A DNA stretch of 56,948 nt, filler included, from Sphacelaria rigidula (GCA_964200075.2; 8 parts of 8 records of this genome joined end to end with filler, not necessarily neighbours in it), one strand, 5' to 3'. Counted from the whole stretch's first letter, positions 25,701-37,915 are shown. Numbers and translations are program-made. The notes: generated from the letters alone by a model not told the origin.

Positions 25701-28048
25701 TGTCAACAGCAACTACGCTATACCGCTCGTGTTTTTTGCCAAAATCCGTACGCGGCATGATTCGGGTTATCAGGCGGCTGCGTTTGTCTCGTTTCTTGAG
25801 GGGGTTGTGAGCTGTACCGGATGTTGGCGAAAATACAGACGGTGTACCGGTTTTTGACGATTGTCCATGTGTCTTGAAAGGCGCGCGCGTGCGCGCGTGT
25901 GTGTGGAAGCTGGATCCTCAAGTGCAGTTCAACATAGTTTCAACATCGTCAGGCACCGTCTCCCGGAACCCCAGTTATCTGGCGTAAAAAAAAAAAAAAA
26001 CATTCCCACAGTCTTCCTACATATATCCGAGCACCGGTGTGCAAAATTTCAGGGTGTTGACTCGAAAAAACGGCGGATGTAATCGTCGGGAAGTAGATTT
26101 GGATCGTTCCATCTGGACCAGCTTATAACCCTAACTCCAACCCAAGGCATGCCCAGAACCGTCGGCCAAGGGGGCGTGCAAAGAGTGCTTCAGGCGGAGT
26201 GTGCGTTGGCGGACCTCAAACGGACGCATGCGGTGCCGATGTGAATAAAAACGCTTTCTGCGCACGCCAGAAGTACTCGGGATTCAAGTATCAGCCCCAC
26301 GAAAGATACGAGGATTGTTGTTCGCACTCGAATCGAGAAATATCAACCACGATTTATTGGGAGGCGACCTGCGGCAAGCTCTGCAAGCACAAACAGAATC
26401 GAACCCTTTCCCCCTCCCCCCCACGCTCCCACGGTGAACCATATACCAAGTACAAGAGTGCCGCGGGGGGGGGTGGTGGTGAGGGGTGTACTCATGATCT
26501 TGCATGCCATAGTCGTGTGACTTTCACCTCGCATCCCCACAAAGCCGGGACGGTGCACGCTGGTTTTTCGCCGGACCAGGCCCTCGCAATTCCTCACCAA
26601 GCGCGACGCGCCGTGGTGTGATCGGCGAGCCGCATGAAGGGTGAGCTGCAAAATGATGAACTTGTTTGACTCGAAGCGTACTGCTCATCTTGCATTCGGA
26701 TGAAAGCCTCCAAAATGGGTTGCTTTAGTTTTTCGTATCGCCCCTTCCGCCGACAGCCACGGCTCAAACACTGCCTCATTGGTGTCCAATCATTGGTGAT
26801 CGGGAGGGAGGAGGTATGCTGCGTACTGTAGTACTACCGTGCTATACAAAAAAAAATAGCACATCGCATACTCCCGGCACCCAGCCTTCTCAATTATCGT
26901 ACGGTACGCCAAACCAAACATCTTCCACATCGGCCTAAAAAAGCAGCTTCAAAGCACCACGAACATCACTGCTGTGATTGCAGGAGCGTCATGACTCGCA
27001 CAGATATCTGGTAGGTAGGTAGGTAGGTAGGTAGGTAGGTAGTCAGCCTGATGTGTACTTCCCCCCATTTATGATGGGATTGCGGGATGGTCTCCGGGTA
27101 AGTTAACAAACTAACTCAGTATAATTTTAGAGTAGGATTCGGGGGCCTACAGTGAACACAAGCCAAGATTAATGTTCCACTTTATATATACAAGTATGGG
27201 ACACCACAGTACATTTTCTTCTTATTTTCTCATCTGATCCCTAACCCTTTCCCTTTCCCTTCTCCGGAAGGGATCCGTGGTCTCGAGGGATCAACCTATC
27301 TCCACTCCGATGCAATTCGATAGATTGATAGGCAATTGTGGCACGTCAACTCATTCCCGAGGAATCCAGCCGTGCTCACATCACAGACTTACAGTACAGT
27401 ACCCGACATGAAAAACAATTCAGGGGTCGGACGAATAATGATTCGTCTGAAAAATAGCAGGGATATACACGTTACACGTGCAACAGCGTTACACGTTACG
27501 TCTTGGCCGAAACGCAACGTGGACGTTGAAAAAGAATCCGTTCTGAACGCAACGTGAGTGAACGTGTCACGCGTATATCCCTGAAAAAATAGTTGTTTTT
27601 AAAGCGATAGATTCGTACCGTACGGATCAATCAATCCTAGAACTTTGTTTGCAGCGTCCCACCCCCAGGTATACCCGCTCCCCGGGCACTTGGAGTAGCG
27701 TAGAGGTTGTATGCAGGCGTTTTTGATCCGCGGTCACCTCTTTTCCCCTCGTTCTTCGAGTATTGGTACCAACGATGATCCGTGCGACCGTTGTTTACAA
27801 TTGTTCGGGTGTAAACAATGTTACCCGTCACTATGTAACCGACGAGGAGAAACGATATTACAACAGCGAAAACAAAACGCCTAGAAGAAAACGCTCATTA
27901 TAGAGATGCACACGATCTTTTTCGCACCGGTTCCGGCGCGACCAATGATGCGCATCTGCTTGGCCGCCGCGATGAGTTCTTCATCCACAGTTACCCCCGA
28001 ACGGACCACCAGGCCGTGGTATTGCCCCATGATGCTGACGAGCTCCTC
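22566..28048 (-). CDS. PHGDH: D-3-phosphoglycerate dehydrogenase, partial spliced gene: complement(join(22566..22721,23500..23693,27928..28048))
   Basis: Three exons with GT-AG boundaries and compatible phases give [72 protein letters not shown]...[31 protein letters not shown]...YDP. This has the serA motifs RAGxGVDN, NTPGGN and the Rossmann GxGxxG. Flanking exons lie outside the contig. Confidence 0.95.
23500..23693 (-). CDS. PHGDH: PHGDH exon (194 bp, GVDNIN...YTGTEL)
   Basis: Acceptor ttttaag|GTGTC completes the Gly codon; donor TTG|gtgag. Confidence 0.93.
23770..25870. mobile_element. ~2.1-kb foldback (long inverted repeat) element inside the 4,234-bp PHGDH intron
   Basis: Arm pairs: 24788-25133 with 25160-25530; 24297-24410 with 25560-25680; 23862-24050 with 25685-25870. 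The left terminus is tandemly duplicated (23771 and 23862). Confidence 0.85.
27010..27042. repeat. (GGTA)8 microsatellite
   Basis: Direct read. Confidence 0.95.
27458..27583. mobile_element. 126-bp hAT-type MITE with 8-bp TSD
   Basis: 22-bp TIR CAGGGATATACACGTTACACGT ... ACGTGTCACGCGTATATCCCTG (2 mismatches). Flanked by AAAAATAG on both sides, with one extra A on the right. Confidence 0.88.
27928..28048 (-). CDS. PHGDH: PHGDH exon (121 bp, EELVS...GRAGT-G)
   Basis: Acceptor tgcag|GAG; donor ACCG|gtgcg (phase 1). Confidence 0.9.
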
Positions 28049-28772
28049 CTGCACCCATGTTACCAGCAAAAAGCAATGAAATCAAACGTTAGTACAGTAC
28101 TTACAACAATATCGCGGTTATACGTGAAGCTGGCGAGTGACCAAGGAGTCGACATTTCACGTACGCAGTACAGTACCTCGCTTGTTTAAAAAAAAAAAAA
28201 GAGGTAGTTTTTTTTTTTCACGTAGTCATTACTGCGCGCATCGACGTTGGCAGGCTGTGATAATTTTGACGAGTCGGACACCGACGACGCTTCGTCAACG
28301 ACGCCTTGTATATCATCACATCTTCAAAGGTCGGACACACAGTGATTCGTCTGGAAATTACTTGGTTTTAGTGTAATTGATTCGAATCGTACGAATCAAT
28401 CTCTAGGCTCTGTTTTCAGGGTTGNNNNNNNNNNNNNNNNNNNNNNNNNNNNNNNNNNNNNNNNNNNNTTAATTAATTAANNNNNNNNNNNNNNNNNNNN
28501 NNNNNNNNNNNNNNNNNNNNNNNNGCGACTATTGGGTAGGTATTGCGAAAGGCATTTGCTGATGACACAATTTTGGGTGATGAGCGCGAACCAGCCTGTA
28601 GAATTTTCGCCTCTTGTGTAATCGACTAAAATACATGAAATTACTCTTTTCAATGGGATTGGCTTTCGTATGTAATTTCGTGCTGTTTTTTTTCGTTCTT
28701 GCCTCGCGCGCGTGTGTGTGGTTTTGCACGTTTTATTCGTTGTATCTTTTTTTTTTTGTGCGTGTGTGGCAG

Positions 28773-28979
28773 CAATACTGGGAATACGCGTACGAAGACA
28801 TCCTTGATGTGATTGCCAAGATGCCGGAGGTGGCTGCACTGATCTACCGATGCAAGTTCAAGGACGGGATCGTGAAGAAGGACATGTCCCTAGACTACAC
28901 GGGTAACTACTGCAGCATGATGGGCTACAACGACAAAGACTTCCAGGACCTTATGCGCCTGTACCTTGTCATCCATTCG
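28773..28979 (+). CDS. CS: Citrate synthase exon (207 bp)
   Basis: ggcag|CAA ... TCG|gtaagc. Confidence 0.92.
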
Positions 28980-31525
28980 GTAAGCAGCCTGCAGGATGAA
29001 CAAACTTTTCGCTCTGAATCAAATACCTCCTTACCTCGCCCCCCCCCTCCCCCCCAACCAAGAACTATAGTACGAATTATGGGCATGTTTCATTTGTGTA
29101 ATGGTAACGCGAATGTGTCACGCCCGCAAATCTCCCCACGACCAGGTGGCGTGATCTATTTTTTGCGCTCTTTTTTTTCTTAATTCGATGTTTCATTCTT
29201 TTTGTGTGTCCCGGAAATCAAAAGGTATTGATATGTTGACCATATACATCACGTTCACGTGTGTAGAAGTTGGATATTATGTCGTCTTGCGGGCTATTCG
29301 GCCTCTCGGCGCGTCGAAGATCAAATTGCGCATACCTGTACTGCCAAGCATGTCAAGGACTGCACTCCCTTTGCTAAAGCTTTGAGCATTGTGGTCCTTG
29401 AGGCATGTATGCCTCGCATGTGGCTCGCTAGTTGGTTACGGGGACGATGGTTTCCTTCACCCGCAACCCCCCGTGTTTCTGTCGTGCATGATGTCCGATG
29501 GGCTGACAGGACCACGAGGGCGGGAACGCCTCCGCGCACGCAACTCACTTGGTGGGCTCCACGCTGTCGGACGCCTACATGTCGTACGCGGCGGGACTGG
29601 GAGCGTTAGCGGGGCCGCTGCACGGTCTGGCTAACCAGGAAGTGCTAGGATGGATTAAGGTGAAGGAAGATGTTGCCAACTGCGTCGCTGTTTCCATACC
29701 CTCCCCCCTCCCCCTCCCTCCTTCCTCCTCGCGGTCAACAGTTTGTTGTTGGTCTTGTTGAATCGTTGCACCGTACCGACCAACGGGCATTCCTGTTGCA
29801 CAAGCGAAGAGCCCGCCTTTTGTCGTATAAGGAGGCCTTTGATAATTGTCGGCCGAGGAGAGCAGTGTCCGAGTCATACTGTCCCAGGCTTGATCACTTG
29901 TTTCGTCGTGCCACTCGTGACAGCGTGGGGTGGTGGATTGTGCGCTGCGATGCGTGGGACATGCGAATGCTTCCCAGGAATTTGCCCAGTCAGCGATTAA
30001 CGCAGTGCCCCATCTTCGGCTCTGTGCGTTCCGGATCGTGCTTGAGACATATGATTTATGCGGCGACGGCTATCTCATACTGGACGGCTTTGCTCATACC
30101 CCGTGTGTGTTCTATTTTGGCGGGGGGGTATGGGTATGAAAAAACAGGGTTTGCAAGCGCACTTCAAGGCCAAGGGGACTGAGGTGACCAAGGCTTCCAT
30201 CGAAGAGTTCGCATGGGAGACCCTCAACAGCGGCAAGGTGTGTTGCACCTGCTGCGATCCCGCATGATGTTGTGCGATGCTCTACGGTATTGTGCTCTCG
30301 ACTCTGTCGCACTTGCATTATAGTGTTCGCGGTGATGACGTGGATGAAAAGGAGAAGCTACACCGCAATTCGCGCCATTCTATTGTACACATGTTTGCGT
30401 GAGATGCACAGTCTAGCAGCGTTTTATCTACGAGAGAGGGCGTAGGTCGTTCGTTTTAGTTTCAACTGTTCCACTGCCGGCTCTGGCAAAAGGCGAATCC
30501 GAACCATGGCCGAAGTGACGGGATCCGAACCATGGCCGAAGTGACGGGACCCTTTTACTCGTCACCAACACCGCGTGAGGAAGCATTCCCACGAAGAGTG
30601 TTGAGTCTCTTGCGAGAGTGTTGCTGCTGATTCCGTTTCGGAAAAAATGCATGTCACCCTGTGCCGTGTGTATGTGTAAACATGCTTACAGGTCATCCCG
30701 GGCTACGGGCACGCGGTGCTGCGGAAGACCGACCCGCGGTACATGGCCCAACGTCAGTTCGCCCTCAAGCACCTCCCGAATGATGAGCTCTTCAAGATTG
30801 TATCTACTATTTACGAGGTACGGATGGAGGCATCTTCTCCCGCGCCACAACTGCCGCTGCTTCCGATTTTCTTAGACGCAGAAGGATCTTGGAACTGTGT
30901 GTGTGTTTCGCGTTAATAGACGCTAGAGGATCGATCCATGTTCCGGTTCTTGAGGGGATAAATGATTCATCCTGTCTCTTGTAGATGATTGATGTACGGT
31001 TCTCGGCCTTGGTGTTGTGTGCAGCATTGGCATAGGATGCCGTTACTTGTGTTCAGTGCCATTGCTGTGAAAAGCTGGAATTGTGTATGTGTGCCTTCTT
31101 GGAGAAGGCGTTATGTGAATCCTGAGCGTTTTATCCTACCCGTTCAGCTGGGTTTGTAGTTGGCGTGAATACAAGCACGCCTTTTTGCTCATGTCGTTCC
31201 CGCCGACTCCCCAACTAACCGCTGTACTACTGCCACACGTGACATTTACCCGAATCCCGAACCAAACCGAATTCAGGTGGTGCCGGATGTGCTGACCAAG
31301 CTAGGCAAGGTCAAGAACCCCTGGCCGAACGTAGACGCCCACTCGGGAGTTTTGCTATGCCACTACGACTTCACCGAGCACGACTACTACACAGTGCTGT
31401 TCGGCGTATCTCGCGGTATTGGCGCGCTGTCTCAGCTCTTTTGGGACCGTGCGTTGGGCCTTCCCCTCGAGCGTCCGAAGTCGGTAACGCCGGAGTGGCT
31501 CTGGGACCACGCGAAAAAGAACTAA
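28773..31525 (+). CDS. CS: Citrate synthase (eukaryotic mitochondrial type), 3' part: join(28773..28979,29510..29659,30148..30237,30692..30817,31277..31525)
   Basis: Five exons separated by phase-0 GT-AG introns give YWEYAYED...[20 protein letters not shown]...[14 protein letters not shown]...[23 protein letters not shown]...[17 protein letters not shown]...[10 protein letters not shown]...LPLERPKS...stop. The catalytic His (LHG), His (GYGH) and Asp (NVD) are present. Confidence 0.97.
29510..29659 (+). CDS. CS: Citrate synthase exon (150 bp, DHEGGN...[10 protein letters not shown])
   Basis: gacag|GAC ... AAG|gtgaa. Confidence 0.95.
30148..30237 (+). CDS. CS: Citrate synthase exon (90 bp)
   Basis: aacag|GGT ... 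AAG|gtgtg; [10 protein letters not shown]...WETLNSGK. Confidence 0.9.
30692..30817 (+). CDS. CS: Citrate synthase exon (126 bp, [16 protein letters not shown])
   Basis: tacag|GTC ... GAG|gtacg. Confidence 0.95.
31277..31525 (+). CDS. CS: Citrate synthase terminal exon
   Basis: ttcag|GTG ... TAA; contains WPNVDAHSG and LERPKS. Confidence 0.95.
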   Translation: MVPDVLTKLGKVKNPWPNVDAHSGVLLCHYDFTEHDYYTVLFGVSRGIGALSQLFWDRALGLPLERPKSVTPEWLWDHAKKN

Positions 31526-32303
31526 GATTTTGCCGTTTTGATTTCGTCTCTCGTCGTGCTCGAATGTTGGCATGCGTTGGTTGTACTTAGCAGTTGTGGG
31601 TGTTTGGAATGTCTTGTTCTTGTCCACGTCGCCGGCTCTGCAGGTGGCGAGGATTCTCCGGGCGTGTTCTCTTCGTTTAGAGGCACACCTGTGTTAGTTG
31701 AGGTAATATCTTTTATCGTTGCGTTCGTTGTGGCAAGGTTCACGGTGTTGTTGCAACCTCCCGGCAAGAGTGTTTTTGGCAGGGGAAGATGCTTTTTTTT
31801 TCGTGTGTATTGTTGGTGATTTTCCGTTGGCCGAGGAGGGTGTTGCGAACGAGGGCCTACATTTGCTGATCAAATTATTTGCTCCTGGTGGTCCTGTACC
31901 CTGACTGGAGCTGTCCGGTGGACATGGCTAGTCCCTTCCGTTGAGTGTATTGCATGGAATGTGGGCTGTGCTATGTTCCACACACCGGCAAGCCAGAGTG
32001 TAAAGTGTAGCTGTTTCTGGGGGGTGGGAAAGTAGTGGGTTTTCAGTAGCATGAGTAGGCCGATGGTAGGAAGAGCACACAATTGACACACCTGAAGCTG
32101 TAGAATCGTTGTATCACCGACGTGAACGAGAGATTCACGTGTTGTTGCGGGATAAAAAAAAACAGTGAGATCGTGCTGCGGTAAACGCAGGTATCCACTC
32201 AAAAGAACGTGCATCCGTTTTGTGAGACAAAAACGTCAGTGGATTCGCGAGTGCTATCCACCATAGTTTCTGCTTGTAGCACACAAGCGACACATTCTAC
32301 GAT

Positions 32304-32335
<32 letters not shown>

Positions 32336-32459
32336 GCCCGCGGGGCCCTCCCCCGCCCAACACGCCAGAGCGCACGGAGGCCAAAAGAGAAGCGAAAAAA
32401 GANNNNNNNNNNACCACAACACGCCCGCCCCCCCAGGCCCCCCCCCCCCCCCCCCCCCA

Positions 32460-32648
32460 GCCTGGTTTGGGGAGGCGAAAATCTCCACGTGAATCGAAAT
32501 GGAGGAAGCCGAGCACAACGAGAAGCTGGGGATTCTCACGCTTAGGTTCGTTCTCGCCGATGTCGCCCATATGAGGCGCGTCGTGCAGTCTGAACTCAAA
32601 CATCAGGCCTTGCGTGTCCAATTTTTTCGCCACACTTTTGGGCTGGTT
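32460..32648 (-). repeat. Dispersed ~190-bp repeat; second copy at 56315-56503 (+)
   Basis: Reverse complement aligns colinearly with 56315-56503 (cagcccaaaagtgt...ggcgagaacgaacc...ccaaaccaggc). Confidence 0.85.
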
Positions 32649-34581
32649 TTGGGGGGAGGGGGACATGATAAAAAAGTGTCAAGCAAACGCCACCATTGTA
32701 GTGTGTGCATGGCACACGGTCGGCGACGTCGTGCCGACGGCCCGCAATGTCTTCCCTCATGTTGGGGTGCGCTACTAGTTGGTTTTTTGCTCCATTGATC
32801 TTCATTCCGCGTCCCCCTGCGCCTAGTCGTGCAGGTGACCTTTCGTCGGCTCGGCTAGTTTGTGGGTTCGGAATACGGTAGTCGTAATGATGTGAAACAT
32901 GGTGTTGACGCAATACAGGATGCCTTCGAGAGAACAGGGGGTCTGGTCCCGCCGGGCCGTTGCCGCTGACATATCCGTGTCGTCATGGGCGTAGACGACA
33001 GTACCTTATAGGTATGTTGGGTGGGCGATGACCACAACGCGTGTAGTACTACTGTATGGCATACAGGAAGCTCTTACAGGTCGTAGCCTGCTGACGCGCC
33101 ACTGAGAGTCCTCTTCGCAGACAAAAACGGCCCGACACTCCAACCTGCGTGCTCGACCATGACCATGAAACTTCTACATTTGGAATCCTTCGAAAAGGAA
33201 TATTAATATTTCTGTCTGACTTCTAGCGCCTGGGATATCAGAACGGTCACTAATGCGGACAATTGCCATGCTCTGAATATCGAGAATGTCCAGCCGTATT
33301 CTCAGAAGAGAGAGGCTTGGGTGCTGGAAGGCTTCATATCCATACTTAACATTTCGTAAATACAGTCAGCAGCAGCTGCTGCTGCGACACAACCAATACT
33401 TGGTAAACCTTGTGGTCGCGCCGCCCACCACATGATATCGTGGGGACCTGCAGAGCATGAACGTACCTACTAGTGATTATACCCGGCCAAACCACAACGC
33501 TTTACCCACGACGGCTCAGTCAGGGCCGGTGGCGCCGGTGTTGTCATCGCTCGCCGCCTCGTCGTGGCATCCACGCTTTCACGACTGTGATCAACCGATG
33601 ATGTCGGCGGCAACGTGATGTTCAAGCTACCGTCCGTATGCGCCCTCACCGCAAGTACCTCCAGTTTGTTGAGGTCATTGGCATGCCCACTAGCTGAGGC
33701 ATTCTCAGGATACCTTTTGTCCCGTCGCTCAAATATTCTACTTGCCCTTTGAAACATGGATGCGGTGCTGATGGTACGGAGTAGGCGGGTTAGTCGAAGG
33801 AGGGGCCCGGCCGTACCCCCGGGGCACAGGCGGCCGCGGACGCTTCCATCGGAGAGATGAAATCTGGTTCCGAACAGCATATCTTCGATAACGTTCACCT
33901 TTGTGGAGAAATTGTCAGGCGGTTCATTCACAGAGTGCGGAGAGAGGATGAGAAGGAGTGAGTGACGATGAGGCTGACAATTGAGGGCATTTCTCATACC
34001 TGTCGATATAAAGTGAGTAAGCTTAGATCAGCCCTGCTTGCGCAATACGCATGGTGTTACGGGAACACCGAAGAGATGTATACCTACGGGTGTTGCATAC
34101 CTACCCGGGGAATTGCCGTCACGATCAGATAGTTTAGACTACCGAGTGCCATCTGTGGTGGCGGAATCACTCCACTGTGAAGGCGTGCACCCCCGCAACT
34201 GCTCACCATTTCGGAGAAAAGCGAAACAAAAACATATTCGCTACCATCCTCGCCCGCCGCATATATGTCTTCGCTCGATTTTTTGCTGGAAACTTCGCGA
34301 AAAAAATGCAAGCGACCACGGTTCAGAGAAATCGTTTCAGTGCGAATCTCGAGCAACCCCGCTGCCTGATTAGCAGCACTGCAGGGAAGTAAGCGGAGAG
34401 CGAGCCCCGTGATTTTCCTGTATACCTTACACTGCATATGCTTTCCATATGCGTTCTGCTACGATTCCATCGCCCGACATGCGTGTTAAACGGGTTGTAC
34501 CAGCTAGACAGCAGAAATGACGGTTGTACGCGCTTCGGTAGTCTGATGATACAACTGACACCGTCAACTCATACAAACATC

Positions 34582-35093
34582 CAAGGGTAGGTCGAGTAGA
34601 GTATGTACTCTTGAGTACTCGACTAAAATATTCTAGTATTTACTCTACTCGACGTTTGAGTAGGTCGAGTATGGCCTCGAATACTCTACCCGAATTTTGA
34701 GTAGGTCGAGTACGGCCTCAAATACTCTACTCAAATTTTGAGTAGGCCGAGTACGACATAAAATACTCTACTCAAATGTTGAAAACGCACTCTCAGTAAT
34801 ACTCGAGTATAGAGTATCACTTGAGTATGACCTCAATACTCTGCTCAAATTTTGAGTAGGTCGAGTACGGTCTCAAATACTCCACTCAAATTTTGAGTAG
34901 GTTGAGTATGGTCTCAAATACTCCACTCAAATTTTGAATAGGTTGAGTATGGTCTCAAATACTCTACTCAAATATTGAGTAAATACTCCCAGTAATACTC
35001 GAGTGTAGAGTATCACTTGAGCATGACCTCAAATACTCTACTCAAATATTGAGTAAGCACTCTCAGTAATACTTCATTATAGAGTACCCCTTG
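34582..35093. repeat. Palindromic 41-bp minisatellite in a higher-order arrangement; possibly the body of a MITE
   Basis: Unit ttttgagtaggtcgagtacggcctcaaatactctactcaaa, arranged (3x41 bp + 1x~74 bp) twice plus a partial unit. Ends CAAGGGTA... and ...TACCCCTTG. Confidence 0.88.
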
Positions 35094-37362
35094 GGTATGG
35101 TGAGTGCCCATGACAGTCGGCTACTTCGTGACGTCAGTTCACAGACGATGTTGAATGCATGGGCGAACGATGGCCATCAATTAGATGGGCGGCATTACAT
35201 CACAGCCAGCGAGGAGTACGAGCGAATGATGGCCATAAAAAAATCGAGAAGCTTGCAGGTGAACGAACCTACTTGCCCCAGTGCCCCATCTCAGCAGCCC
35301 CCACCCACGGCAGTTCATACTCGATACCTCTCAACGCCTTCGATATCACTTCCAGTACAGAGCGTTACTCATCGAGTTATCGAGTAGTCGAGTAGGTATC
35401 ATCAAAATGAGCGACTCTACTGGCCACGGTTTGATAAGACAGTTTGACCTCGAATCAACACTCATCATGGGTGGGCAACTCTAGGAATACCTCGGTATTT
35501 ACTCTGCCCGAATTTGAGTATCTTGCGTACGAACTTGAATATTGAAGTCGAAGTTNNNNNNNNNNNNNNNNNNNNNNNNNNNNNNNNNNNNNNNNNNNNT
35601 TAATTAATTAANNNNNNNNNNNNNNNNNNNNNNNNNNNNNNNNNNNNNNNNNNNNTTATACACTGCCTCATGGGTGTCTCACCATTTGAACACTACGTGG
35701 AGCGATCATCCCCATTGTAACGAGGGGGGCCGTCGGACCGTCAAATCTCCGGGATATCTTGGGAACAGCACAACGATCCGCTTGCACAAACTGTGTATAC
35801 ATACGTTGTGCAAATGCAAATATTCACGAGCATATGGCGGATTACCCGACAGCAAACACGCGTCTCTGTACATCAGATGCATACCACCCATCATCAGTGG
35901 GTCGGCTTATTTATTAGTTAATTATTGCTAGCAACGAGAGCCGAACCCAAATTTCCAAGCCTTTCCCGCCGCTGAGTTAGTTGATCGTAGGGCTCGCAAT
36001 CGTCATCTCAAGCCTTACCGCTGGCGGTAGGAAAGTTCTGGATACCCAATTTTCGAAATGATTCAAATTTAGCGATCGATGACGACATAAATGTCGGAAT
36101 GATAAGACACCGCCTAAAAGACACCGCCTGAGCGAACGAACTGTAAAGTTTGAAGTTTTCATCGCCAAGACTTTCGTCTACTTTTTGTTCATCAAAAGGG
36201 AAAGGACCTGCACGCCGATAAGCATGTAGATGCATAGGGGTTCGCAGTAGCATCGGAGCGTCTGTTTTTACGGAGGGCGTCTCCACACGTAACACGCGGT
36301 TCCATTTTCTGAAGCGGTACCATTCCACACCAAACACACAAGCGCCCAATAACAAACAATACACCTCGTCAGGCACTACCATCTCAGACTATTTGCACAA
36401 GTTCCTACATCATATAGGGGCATCCTCCCTCTGCCTTTTCTTCAAGCAGACACGGGAGCTGAGCAAAAACTACTTCGGCAGCAGGACGGCGTCGCAAACA
36501 ACGACAGCAGAAACACGAATTTGCACCAACAGCAGCAGCAGCAGCAGCAGAATCACAAGCAACCGCCGCGACGGTAACCAATACTACTGTACTACCGCTC
36601 AGACAAATGGTCACAGGTCAAGAGGCCAACACTAGGAGGTGCGGAGTGTTTGTGGTTCCTGGTATACTGTACTGTATTCAAGACTGCTCGCTGCACAAGT
36701 TCAACAACCATTAACTAAATAGTATTATAGGATCGATGGTCGACGGTTCTTGTCCTCCAGATAGATCCTTTAGGCCACAGAAGCATATGACAAGAGTCAA
36801 TGTTTTAGTCCACATGGCAGCGATGCAAAGTACAGCCCCCATTAACATCTCATTTCATCCACTGTGCGGGGGAACATAATCCAGGCTCGCTGCAATGGGT
36901 ATGTTGCCGTTGTTGTTCGAGCACTGTATGGTCGCTGATGCATGAGAAGATGATGGTCTGGTCAGATTTCCGGCCGGTGTGTGTGTTGGTCGATGTTCCG
37001 CAGCCTGATTGTTCTCTTTCAATTTTTGGGATTGTCAACAACCTCGCCTCTCTCAGTCCGGCTCTGACCACTCAGCTCACTTTGTATCCGAATACAAGTA
37101 AGACGGTAGCAAGCAGAGGTAGCAAGCCCCGGTTCCGACGCTGGGTCCATTGCTCACTTGCCCCAAAACGTGATGTTTCTCAGAACTTTCTCGAATCTAT
37201 AATCAAGTAGTCATGTTGTCAACCATAGATATACGACCAAAGCTTTAGGTCTACTCAGCAAGCTGCCCAGCCCAACCATCGAATCATGAGGTGCGAGGTT
37301 GGTTTTACCGCAGTTTGGCGAAAATAAGTAATGCTAGACACCGTTTTCTTGTTCAGCCTTGA

Positions 37363-37463
37363 CCCTTAGACCGCGGTGCGGGTAGTCCATCTGCATCATG
37401 CATACTTTTTAAAGTGAATATTGATGCCGATTCAGCAGGGGACCTACCCTCGCGGTCGAAGGG
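37363..37463 (+). mobile_element. 101-bp piggyBac-type MITE, copy 1
   Basis: TTGA|CCCTTAGACCGCG...CGCGGTCGAAGGG|TTAA. CCC/GGG termini with TTAA-type flanks are piggyBac hallmarks. Confidence 0.85.
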
Positions 37464-37915
37464 TTAACTCTAGAAACACCAACCCAAGGGAGATCGACAA
37501 TCTTGGAGCAAAGGAAGTACGTGGTGTGCTCTCGGCAGAAGTCGTGCTCTGGTACAACTGAAACCAACCTGTTGGGGCGTAGATTGAGGATTCGGAGCCA
37601 GGAGAACCCCCCCCCCCTCCGAGAAATATCTGAGCTCAATCGTTCGTTGAAAGCGTGAGGACGTCAGTAGCACCAAACGTTGACGAGTGCACAGTCGATG
37701 CGGTACGGAAGTGCTAATCCAATATGTGATACCAGAATGTAAGGCGAGTGTCGGGGAAGGGGCGGTGAATCGATCTCTTGAGGCCATGGACTCGTCCCCA
37801 GCAAGAGGAGGGAGTATTGCAAAAGTACGCCGTAAAAGCGGCCTTACAGGTAGAACATCGTGTGTAATCCATGAGCGGACCGCGTGCTTTTTGAACCGCA
37901 TGGATGGATGTTTAA

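Noticed and set aside
22566..31525. Apparent divergent PHGDH / citrate synthase metabolic gene pair
   Set aside because: The genes lie on different contigs separated by the artificial linker at 28425-28524.
33470..33997. 175-codon minus-strand ORF
   Set aside because: No recognisable domain, splice pattern or codon signal; the length is attainable by chance at this GC content.
34582..35093. CRISPR-like array (41-bp palindromic units)
   Set aside because: Head-to-tail tandem units without unique spacers.
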